This document shows positions 50,765-61,513 of a DNA stretch of 64,000 nt, piece by piece. A program made the position numbers and the translations under genes. The notes below the pieces were generated by a model, which made no database searches, was not told the origin of the DNA, and saw only the letters and a program-made list of their open reading frames with translations. The stretch is from Malacoraja senta (Eukaryota). The DNA lies in NCBI GenBank assembly GCA_038087875.1, contig CM075994.1:9302001-9366000 (forward strand), read 5' to 3'. Each line of letters begins with the position of its first letter. Position 1 is the first letter of the stretch.

Positions 50765-51228
50765 ATAGATAGATACATAGAAAATAGGTGCAGGAGTAGG
50801 CCATTCGGCCCTTCGAGCTTGCACCGCCATTCAATATGATCATGGCTGATGATCCAACTCGGTATCCCGTACCTGCCTTCTCTCCATACCCTCTGATCCC
50901 TTTAGCCACAAGGGCCACATCTAACTCCCTCTTAAATATAGCCAATGAACTGGCCTCAACTACCTTCTGTGGCAGAGAGTTCCAGAGATTCACCACTCTC
51001 TGTGTGAAAAATGTTTTTCTCATCTCGGTCTTAAAGGATTTCCCCCTTATCCTTAAGCTGTGACCCTTGTCCTGGACTTCCCAACTTCGGGAACAATCTT
51101 CCTGCATCTAGCCTGTCCAACCCATAAGAATCTTGTAAGTTTCTATAAGATCCCCTCTCAATCTCCTAAATTCTAGCAAGTATAAGCCGAGTCTATCCAG
51201 TCTTTCTTCATATGAAAGTCCTGACATC
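50765..51228 (-). mobile_element. CR1 3' fragment
   Basis: FFTQRVVNLWNSLPQKVV. Confidence 0.85.
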
Positions 51229-52000
51229 ACGAAACAGTAGAATAAAGCTCCTTGGCCCACAGCCTAGGGCTGTTCGGCTGGCAGTTCAATCACAATTATT
51301 CCTTGAAATTCCATTTCAAGCAGCGTGCAGGCCACCAAATTCAATTTCATAGCATTTCAAGCAGAGTGCACACCACCAAATTCAATTTCATAGCATTTCA
51401 AGCAGAGAGCAGGCCACCAAATTCAATTTCATAGCATTTCAAGCAGAGTGCAGGCCACCAAATTCAATTTAATAGCATTTCAAGCAGGGTGCAGGCCACC
51501 AAATTACCAAACAACTCATTGCATTGTCATTAAGGGCCAACAAATCATTTATTGCAAGTACATTGCAGGCTCACAGTTCAGTTGATTCACAGCTTAGAAT
51601 CACAGTTGAGGACTCTCCCTCACGACCTTCCAGAGTGACTTACTCATGTCCAGGCATCCGGGGTTTTATAGTCCTGCCCCCCCCCCACCCCGGAAGGGGC
51701 GTTACCTTCATTATGGTGATTGACAGGCGAGAGGACCAATCAGCTGATCTCAAGATTTTTTAAACACTCATAAATTGTTTATTTTTCATCGATCGGAAAA
51801 ATCCTCGGGGCTGACTCAGCGGAGGAGGACTGTGAGTAAGATGGCTAAAAATCATAGTGATATATGGTAGCGTTTTTTCTAAAATCAATATACAGCGCAG
51901 ACAGGAAGTGGTCAAGATGGGACATTTAGGTATATAGATTTTGTATTGTTTCATTATTGATAGGTTTCTGTGTTTTACTTGTGTTTGCTTTAATAAATAA

Positions 52001-52756
52001 CTAGACTAAGTGGGACCCGTTGGGTCCCATGTTCACACAGGAGGCCTGGTCCCCCTACGCAATATTCCACCTCTCCACCAATTCCAATATTGCTGGCCAG
52101 TGGTGGGGGTAGGGGGGTCTTTCTGGAGCGATAGTATGGTTGGTGTGGGCCGAAGGGACTGGTTTCCCGAGGGCTAGTATGGACATTGTGGGCCGAATGG
52201 ATTCTTGGACTGGCAGCTCAGTCACTCAGGCGTGATGGGCTGGTAGCTCAGTCACTCAGGCCTGGTGGGCTGGCAGCGCAGTCACTCAGGCCTGGTGGGC
52301 TGGCAGCTCAGTCACTCAGGGCTGGTGGGCTGGTAGCTCAGTCAATCAGGCCTGTTGGGCTGGTAGCTCAGTCATTCAGGGCTGGTGGGCTGGAAGCTCA
52401 GTCACTCAGGCCTGTTGGGCTGGTAGCTCAGTCACTCAGGACTGGTGGGCTGGCAGCTCAGAAACTGCCAGAAATTCTGCCAAAACAGGTGAGAGACTGT
52501 GAGAGAGAGAAGGGAGAGAGAGTGGAGAATCAATTTTAGCCCACCAGGCCTGAGTGACTGAGCTTCCAGTTAAAGAATCCATTCAGCCCACAATGTCCAT
52601 ACTAGCCCTCTGGAAACCAGTCCCTTCGGCCCACAACACCCACACTAGCATTCCAGTAAGTCCCTCCACTGGCCACCAATATTGGAATTGGTGGAGAGGT
52701 GGAATATTGTGTCCTCCCGTGTGAACATGGGACCGAACGAGTCTCACTTAGTCTAG
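52001..52756. mobile_element. Two Helitron-like 3' ends fused in inverted orientation
   Basis: CTAG plus hairpin on minus at 52001 and hairpin plus CTAG on plus at 52753-52756; 30-bp repeats between them. Confidence 0.65.
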
Positions 52757-53445
52757 TACCTACTTAAACACTGCCCCTTTGTGTGGGGATTAGAGTTGCT
52801 TTGTATAGTCTGTATCTAACTGAACTTTATTGCCTTCCCTCACAGTGGGAAACGTTGATTCCGCTGTGTGGGGATGTTTATGTTAAATTCTATCGTGTGT
52901 TGTGTTCTTTTCTATTCATATGGCTGTATGGGTAACCCAAATTTCACTGTACCACTTGGTGCATGTGACAATAAATGTAAACTTGAGCTTCAACTTGAAC
53001 GTGTAAGACTCACTACCACACCCGCCTGGAGAAATAAAGATTCACTACTTGATTACTGATTTTATTGCGTTTTTATCTGTTTGAAATGAAATGAACCAAA
53101 TCACATTTATGGGAAAATCCTGGCTCTAGTAATTATCACTCCATTATCATCTCTTCCAGTAATTCAGGATTTCTCTATCATGTAGTCATCAGCAATTCGA
53201 TCTTTTCCTTGCCTCCTCTCCCCTACCTCTGTAAGACCATCCCATAGTCAAAATCACAAGGGGTTTTCAATAAAGGCTCAGAGTGCTGGCGTAACTCGGC
53301 GAGTCGGGCAGCATCTCTGGAGAACACGCACTGGTGCCATTTCTGTTGGGATCCTTCTTCAGATTTCAGGGAATTGAAGACGTCTGTTTGAAAATTTTCC
53401 TGTTTTTCTCTCTTGCCCTCAAAGCTCAGCTGTTCAAATCCAAAG

Positions 53446-53497
53446 ATGAATTACCTTGTGGTCCTGGTAGCTGGTCTCATTCTTAGTGCCTCTCCAG
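53446..53497 (+). CDS. Exon 1 (signal peptide) of an inverted Ly6/uPAR paralog; downstream exons not found in this window
   Basis: Identical to exon 1 at 2533-2584 except for one synonymous change (CCG/CCA); intact GTAAGG donor; flanking homology ~53180-53717 vs ~2320-2850. Confidence 0.75.
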
Positions 53498-54694
53498 GTA
53501 AGGAAATATAACTATTGTTGTTGTCCTCTAGTTTAACTGTGGAAAGGCATTTTAGATTCTCAAGTGGGATTGGAATTCTTGGTTATACATTTAGCTTGTG
53601 TGTTCGTTCACATGTAGAGAATTTGTTACTGAATATGGAGTTAGTTATTGTCAAGTCAAGAGTGTTTTATGGTTATATGTCCCAGATAGAAGGAATGGTG
53701 ATGTTTCAGGTCGAGACCACTGATCCTCTAATTTTTAGTAGTTCGTGTACGCAGACATCTTGTATAGTGCAATTTTGTTATGCTGTATTGCCATGCTTTA
53801 ATATAATACAAATATCATATTTGTAGAAATATTAATGCAATTTATGAAGTTATGTGTTCAGTTAAGATTTTATCCTATACTTTGAAGTTTGAACTCATTT
53901 ATTCAGTTTGTTGTGCAATTAAATAAAATATCAATGAGTATTTGTTCTCCTCCCCCTCTCCCCTTCCCTTTCCCCATTCCCTCTCCACCCATCTCTCCCT
54001 TTCCCCCATCCGCCCCCTCCCCACCTCCCTCTTCCTCCTCTCCAAGGTCCAATCCCATCTATTTACTCAGCGGGACTGGCAGCATCTCCGGAGAGAAGGA
54101 TTAGGTGACGTTTCGGGTTGACACCCTTCTTCAGACTGAGAGTCAGGAGAAAGGGAAATGACAGAAATAGACCAGTGATGTACAGAGATATAGAACAAAC
54201 AGGTGGTTCCCATTGGGCCCCGTTCCCCCAACGTAATATTCCACCACTAACAGATAGCCCCTTAACTGCCTCTTTTCCCCCCCTCTTCTCCTCCCCTGCA
54301 CACTCGCTCCCTCACCTCTCCTCCCTCTCCTTTCTTCTACCCTCAGCCACTCCCTCCTTCCCTCCATAACCCCTCTACCCTCCCTACACCCCTTGATGTA
54401 ATTGAGGGGGGTAACACTGCTGAGGGCAGACAATATGTAAATGAGATCCCATTGTGATGTCATCGTGGGGAGCATCACTGCTGAGGGCAGAGTTGGTTTT
54501 AAGTGTTTTTAATGTTTTTAACGTGAATAACTTGTAAAAGGTTGGAACAATCTGAACAAAACTTATTTTTTGTCACATCACAGGACAATGGTGAGTATGG
54601 TGGTGCGAAATTGTACTGCTATTGTGTACCGTTTTTGTGCAAATATAGGTACAATCTGGACAAACAAACAAGATGAGAGTTTTAGTAATGCACT

Positions 54695-56318
54695 GGAGGA
54701 GGGGGGGGAGAGAGGAGGGGGGGAGAGAGGAGGGGGGGAGAGAGGAGGGGGGAGAGAGGAGGGGGGGAGAGAGGAGGGGGGGAGAGAGGAGGGGGGAGAG
54801 AGGAGGGGGGAGAGAGGAGGGGGGGAGAGAGGAGGGGGAGAGAGGAGGGGGGGAGAGAGGAGGGGGGGAGAGAGGAGGGGGGGAGAGAGGAGGGGGGGAG
54901 AGGAGGGGGGGGAGAGAGGAGGGGGGGAGAGAGGAGGGGGGGGAGAGAGGAGGGGGGGGGAGAGAGGAGGGGGGGGAGAGAGGAGGGGGGGGAGAGAGGA
55001 GGGGGGGGAGAGAGGAGGGGGGGGGAGAGAGGAGGGGGGGGAGAGAGGAGGGGGGGAGAGAGGAGGGGGGGAGAGAGGAGGGGGGGGAGAGAGGAGGGGG
55101 GGGAGAGAGAAGGGGGGGAGAGAGGAGGGGGGGGAGAGAGGAGGGGGGGGAGAGAGGAGGGGGGGGAGAGAGGAGGGGGGGGAGAGAGGAGGGGGGGGAG
55201 AGAGGAGGGGGGGGAGAGAGGAGGGGGGGGGAGAGAGGAGGGGGGGGAGAGAGGAGGGGGGGGAGAGAGGAGGGGGGGGAGAGAGGAGGGGGGGGAGAGA
55301 GGAGGGGGGGGAGAGAGGAGGGGGGGGAGAGGAGGAGGGGGGGAGAGAGGAGGGGGGGAGAGAGGAGGGGGGGAGAGAGGAGGGGGGGAGAGAGGAGGGG
55401 GGGGAGAGAGAGGAGGGGGGGGGGGGAGAGAGGAGGGGGGGGGGAGAGGAGGGGGGGGAGAGAGGAGGGGGGGGAGAGAGAGGGGGGGGAGAGAGGAGGG
55501 GGGGAGAGAGGAGGGGGGGGAGAGAGGAGGGGGGGAGAGAGGAGGGGGGGGAGAGAGGAGGGGGGGGGGAGAGGAGGGGGGGGAGAGAGGAGGGGGGGAG
55601 AGAGGAGGGGGGGGAGAGAGGAGGGGGGGAGAGAGGAGGGGGGGGGAGAGAGGAGGGGGGGGAGAGAGGAGGGGGGGGAGAGAGGAGGGGGGGAGAGAGG
55701 AGGGGGGGGAGAGAGGGGGGAGGAGAGGGGGGGGAGAGAGGAGGGGGGGAGAGAGGAGGGGGGGAGAGAGGTGGGGGGGAGAGAGGAGGGGGGGGAGAGA
55801 GGAGGGGGGGGAGAGAGGAGGGGGGGTGAGTGGAGGGGGGGAGTGAGGAGGGGGGGGAGAGAGGAGGGGGGGTGAGAGGAGGGGGGGGAGAGGAGGGGGG
55901 GGAGAGAGGTGGGGGGGTGAGGAGGGGGGGGAGAGAGGAGGGGGGGAGAGAGGTGGGGGGGGTGAGAGGAGGGGGGAGTGTGGTGGGGGGGGGTGTGTGA
56001 GGGGGGGAGTGGTGGGTGGGGGGGGGTGAGAGGGGGGTGTGGTGGGGGGGTGTGGTGGGGTGTTGTGGGGTGTGTGGTGGGGGGGTGTGGAGGGGGGGGT
56101 GAGAGGAGGGGGGGGAGAGGGTGGGGGGGTGGTGGGTGGGGGGGTGAGGGTGTGGGGGGAGTGAGGGTGGGGGGTGAGGGGGGGAGTGGAGTGGGGGGGT
56201 GTGAGGAGGGGGGGTGAGGAGGGGGGGTGTGAGGAGGGGGGGAGTGAGGAGGGGGGGAGAGAGGTGGGGGAGAGAGGAGGGGGGGAGAGAGGAGGGAGGA
56301 GAGAGGTGGGGGGGAGAG
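54695..56318. repeat. Polypurine G-rich satellite (GAGAGGAGGGGGGGA-like, ~15-16 bp unit)
   Basis: Direct reading; recurs at 63505-64000. Confidence 0.95.
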
Positions 56319-57057
56319 TGCTCTAGTACAGGGCCCGACTCTAGTAATAAGCTAAGGTAGACATAAGTGATGGAGAAACTCAGCGGGTGCAGCAGCATCT
56401 ATGGAGCAAAGAAATAGGCAACGTTTCGGGCCGAAACCTTTCTTCAGTAAAAAGCTCTCGGGAATTGTCGGGAAAGCCGAGCCGAGACGAGCGTGCGTCG
56501 ACTCGGAAGCACTCGGAAAGTCTCGGAAGCGCCTTCGGAAGCCATCGGGATGTGCAGAACAGAGCCCACTTAGTTGTTCTTTCTGCGTCTTTTGAAGAAT
56601 CGAGGGGGTGGGAGAACAGAGGCTGCCGTTGGAAATTCTGCGCAGCTTGCCAAGAGGAGCAAAGGCATTGTGACGTCATCCAGCTCGCTTCAGCATGTTA
56701 GATTTAAAAAATATGTCAGAGTGGTGAGGATTTTATTAAAAAACTCGGGAAATAAAGAATCAAAGTATACTAGACCAAGTGCAGACCCGTTGGGTCTGTT
56801 CCCCCAACGTGCGTTTGCGGGTGTGTGGGGGGGGCGGCATGCGGCGTCACACACCAACTACCCTCCCGCTCACACGCTAACTACCCCCCTTGATATTATA
56901 TCATATTATTAATATGCTCTCACCCCATAAAGGCCCTATCCACTGACGCATAGCCCCAACTTGCAGGCGCGTCTAGAGAGGGAGGGGGCGGGGTAGAGAG
57001 TCAGGGCAGAGAGAGAATGGGGAGAGACAGAGAGAAAGGGGCAGAGGCAGAAGGGCA

Positions 57058-58855
57058 AACATAGAAACATAGAAAATAGGTGCAGGAGGAGGCCATTTGG
57101 CACTTCGAGCCAGCATCGCCATTCATTGTGATCATGGCTGATCATCCACTATCAATAACCCGTGCCTGCTTTCTCCCCATATCCCTTGACTCCACTAGCC
57201 CAAGAGCTCCATCTAACTCTCTCTTAAATCCATCCAGTGATTTGGCCTCCACTGCCCTCTGTGGCAGGGAATTCTATAAATTTCTCATCTCAGTCTTAAT
57301 GACCTCCCCTTTATTCTAGGACTGTGGCCCCTGGTTCTGGACTCACCCAAAATTAGGAACATTTTTCCTGCATCTAGCTAGTCCAGTTCTTATAAAATTA
57401 TATGTTTCTATAAGATTCCCCCTCATCCTTCTCAACTCCAGTGAATACAAGCCTAGTCTTTTCAATCTTTCCTCATATGACAGTCCCGCCATCCCAGGGG
57501 ATTAATCTCGTGAACCTACGCTGCACTGCCTCAATCACAAGGATGTCCTTCCTTAAATTAGGAGACCAAAACTGTACACAATACTCCAGATGTGGTCTCA
57601 CCAGAGCCCTTTATAACTGCAGAAGAACCTCTTTACTCCTATACTGAAATCCTCTTGTTATGAAGGCCAACATTCCATTAGCTTTCATCACTGCCTGCTG
57701 TACCTGCACGCCAACTTTGAGTGACCGGTGTACAAGGACACCCAGGTCTCGCTGTAAACCCCCCTTACCTAACCTAACCCCATTGAGATAATAATCTGCC
57801 CCCTTGTTTTTGCCGCAAAAGTGGATAACCCCACATTTATCTATATTATACTGCGTCTGCCACGCATCTGCCCACTCACTCAACCTGTCCAGGTCACCCT
57901 GCAACCTCCTAACATCCTCTTCACAGTTCACACTGCCTCCCATCTTTGTGTCATCCGCAAACTTGCTAGTGTTGCTCCTAATTCCCTCTTCCAAATCATT
58001 AATATATATGGTAAACAGTTGCGGCCCCAACACACAGCCTTGCGGCACTCCACTCGCCACTGCCTGTCATTCTGAAAAGGACCCGTTCACTCCTACTCTT
58101 TGCTTCCGGTCTGCCAACCAATTATCTATCCATGTCAACACCCTACCCCCAATACCATGTGCTCTAATTTTAGTCTCCAGTCTCCCGTGCGGGACCTTAT
58201 CAAAGGCTTTCTGAAAGTCTAGATACACTACATCCACTGGCACCCCTCATCCATTTTGCTTGTCACATCCTCAAAAAATTCCAGAAGATTAGTCAAGCAT
58301 GATTTCCCTTTCATAAATCCATGTTGACTTGGACTAATCCTTTTAATGCTATCCAAATGCCCCATTATTACCTCTTTAATAATTGACTCCAGCATCTTTC
58401 CCACCACCGATGTCAGGCTAACTGGTCTGTAATTCCTCGTTTTCTCTCTCGCACCTTTCTTGGGATAACATTAGCTATCCTCCAATCCACAGGAACTGAT
58501 CCTGAATCTATTAAACATTGGAAAATTATCACCAATGTGTCCACTATTTCTGGAGCCACCTCCCTGAGGACCCTGGGATGCAGACCATCAGGCTCAGGGG
58601 ATTTATCATCCTTCAGTTCCATTAGCCTACCGAATACTATTTCTCGCCTAATGAAAATTTATTTCGGTTCCTCTACCCCCTTAGATCCTCTATCCTCCAG
58701 TACCTGGGAGATTGTTTGTGTCTTCCTTAGTGAAGACAGATCCGAAGTACCTATTCAACTCTTCTGCCATTTCCTTGTTGCCCATAATGATTTCACCCAT
58801 GTCTGCCTTCAAGGGATCCACATTTGACTTTGCTACTCTTTTTCCCTTAACATAG
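57058..58855 (-). mobile_element. CR1 LINE, degenerate RT region to 3' end
   Basis: SGVPQGCVLGP, KFADDTK, SPEPDGLHPRVL. Confidence 0.88.
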
Positions 58856-59853
58856 CAGGGGGGTGGGGGAGTGGAAGGGGGGGAGAGAGGGAGGTGGGAG
58901 AGTGAGAGGGGAGAGGGGGAGAGAGGGGGGAGAGAGAGAGGGGGGAGAGAGAGAGGGGGAGAGAGAGAGGGGGGAGAGAGAGAGGGGGGTAGAGAGAGAG
59001 AGAGAGGGGGGAGAGAGAGAGGGGGAAAGATAGAGAGAGCAAAATGCAACCGTGCGTCACGCATTCAGAATGTCCTGGAAATGAAGCGTGTGTGTCTCAT
59101 GCACGAAAGCTGTCAGCATGAGACACGCACGGAATTCAGCGGAGGAGCATGCCGCGCCACACCCACACTAACCACCACCCCGACACACACACATACAGCG
59201 GGCCCGATATAAGGTGTCAATGAAGACAGTAATTTTTTTTAACTGTCTTTGAAATTAAAAGTTAATGTTAAGAATTAGTGATGTTAAGTGGGAAATAATT
59301 AAATTCAATTCAATGAAAAACAATGGAATCAACAATAATTAGTGGAGTTAAATGAGAAACAATAAAATTCAATGCAATGAAAAAAGAAATAAACAATTGC
59401 TCTTGGCCACGAGGCAGGTGGGCCAAGAGCAAAGGCATTGTGAGGTCAGCAGCTGGGCAACTGTTATTTTTTTTTTAAATGTCAGTTTGGTGATAAACTT
59501 TAGTAAATATCTCGGGAAATAATTGACCAAATTTATAGAGGATTGGATTTTTGAAATCATAAGGATAATTTATACCAGAAGATGTTAAAAAATCACTATT
59601 ATTGTAATGTTAGCAGCTGGGCAGCGGTCAGATTAAAAAAAAAGATCAGATTGGTCAACAATTTTAATACAAAAAGTCGGGAAAATAATATATCAAATGT
59701 ACAGAGGAGTAGATTTCTAAAATCACAAGGAAGATCTCTACTGAAACAAGTAAAAATGCCCCGTTTCGGCATCTGGTTTTCGAGGAGATACGTTTCAAAG
59801 GCAAAATGACACCCCCCCCCCCCCACCCCTCCCACACACAGTTTTAATAGATA

Positions 59854-60753
59854 CTAGACCAAGTGCAGACCGTTGGGTCTGGTCCCTGAAAGTGCTTGAC
59901 ACCCCGGGGTGTTGTTCCCGAACGTGCTTCAGACCCCGGGGGTGAAAATCTGCTGAAAAAAAGATGGCGTCGTTTTCCGAAAAAATTGGAGAAAATTGGC
60001 GAAAAAAGATGGCGTCGTTTTCGGAGAAAATCGGGGGAAAAAAGATGGCGTCGTTTTCGGAGAAAATCGGAGAAAATCGGAGAAAATCACATGGGGATGG
60101 GGGGGGATGGATTTTATTTTAAAAAAACGTGTACATAAACAGGAACGAATTTAATCAGGAGTGGCTATTCGTAAAGATAAATGTCATCTCTTTGGAAATG
60201 GTAAAAAATATGGGCCTTTCCGCACGCTGTGTGGGCCAGGGGCGGTATCAAAGGCGGCGTACAGACGTACAGACGTACAGACGTACAGACGTACAGACGG
60301 ACGACAGCCAGAGAGTTTTAAAAGTATACTAGACCAAGTGCAGACCCGTTGGGTCTGGTCCCCGAAAGTGCTTGACACCCCTGGGTGTTTTTCCCGAACG
60401 TGCTTCAGACCCCTGGGTGAAAATCGGCGAAAAAAGGATGGCGTCGTTTTTGGAAAAAATCGGGGAAAAAAATATGGCGTCGTTTTCGGAGAAAATCGGA
60501 GACAATCGGAGAAAATCACATTGGGGTTGGGGGGGGGATGGATTTTATTAAAAAATCGTGTACATAAACAGGACAGAATTTAATCAGGAGTGGCTTTTTG
60601 TAAGATAAATGTAATCTCTTTGGAAATGGTCAAAAATATGGGCCTTTCCGCGCGCTGTGTGGGCGCAGGGCGGTGTCAAAGGCCGCGCGGCAAGCAGAAC
60701 GTTGGACGTACAGCCGCACGGACGGACGACAGCCAGAGAGTTTTAAAAGTATA
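59854..60753 (-). mobile_element. Two tandem ~450-bp Helitron-like units (second subfamily)
   Basis: Each begins (plus strand) CTAGACCAAGTG-CAGACCC GTT GGGTCTG hairpin and ends gagagttttaaaagtata with a (GACGTACA)n or (GGAC)n microsatellite. Confidence 0.6.
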
Positions 60754-61313
60754 AGAAGATAGATAGATATAGATAGATAGATAGATAGATATGATGATAG
60801 ATAGATAATAGACCAAGTGGGACCATAGGGTCCCTGCCAGATGGGAGGGCTGGTCCCCCCACGCAACCCATTACCCCAACGCAATATTCCACCACTCACC
60901 CATAGCCTCCAGCTGCGCAGGGGCTGCTCATTTAGCCTTAGGCACCCTCCCTCATTTTAAACTTTAAAAAAATGCAATTGCACTTGCTAGCTGGCAGAGC
61001 TCAGTGTACTGTGACTTAAAAAAATGCAATTGCACTTTAAAAAAATCTTTGCTGCCAGGAATATACTTGCTGCCAGGAATATTAAAAAAAAGGGATTGCA
61101 ATATTCTAGCTTGCAATTGCACTTGCTAGTGTTGGCAGGACTAAAAGGCCTGTCTCACGAGTCTGCGGTCATTGGCGGCGAAACGGGAAGAATCTGCCGC
61201 TATAGACCGCGCACTCGTGAGAACGTACAATTCGCGGGCCGTGCGGCGGTGTTCCCAACACCGCGCGGTGCTAAAATAAAATCGACAATGTCGAAAACCA
61301 AATACTCACCGCA

Positions 61314-61513
61314 NNNNNNNNNNNNNNNNNNNNNNNNNNNNNNNNNNNNNNNNNNNNNNNNNNNNNNNNNNNNNNNNNNNNNNNNNNNNNNNNNNNNNNN
61401 NNNNNNNNNNNNNNNNNNNNNNNNNNNNNNNNNNNNNNNNNNNNNNNNNNNNNNNNNNNNNNNNNNNNNNNNNNNNNNNNNNNNNNNNNNNNNNNNNNNN
61501 NNNNNNNNNNNNN
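61314..61513. other. Assembly gap (200 N)
   Basis: Run of N. Confidence 1.

Larger units (their letters stand above)
47021..51266. mobile_element. Non-autonomous TIR DNA transposon, TAG termini, apparent 3-bp TSD (GGG)
   Basis: TAGGCTGTGGGCCGAG ... CTTGGCCCACAGCCTA; removing it restores the host repeat cactcagggctg. Confidence 0.7.
46652..51938 (-). mobile_element. Helitron-like element interrupted by a 4.2 kb TIR element
   Basis: 3' hairpin at 46662-46678; 30- and 41-bp repeats; 5' TCTATATA at 51938. Confidence 0.7.

Noticed and set aside
54570..56398. 400-606 aa Gly/Glu/Arg- or Pro/Ser/Leu-rich ORFs
   Set aside because: Stop-free frames of a G-rich satellite; no coding signal.
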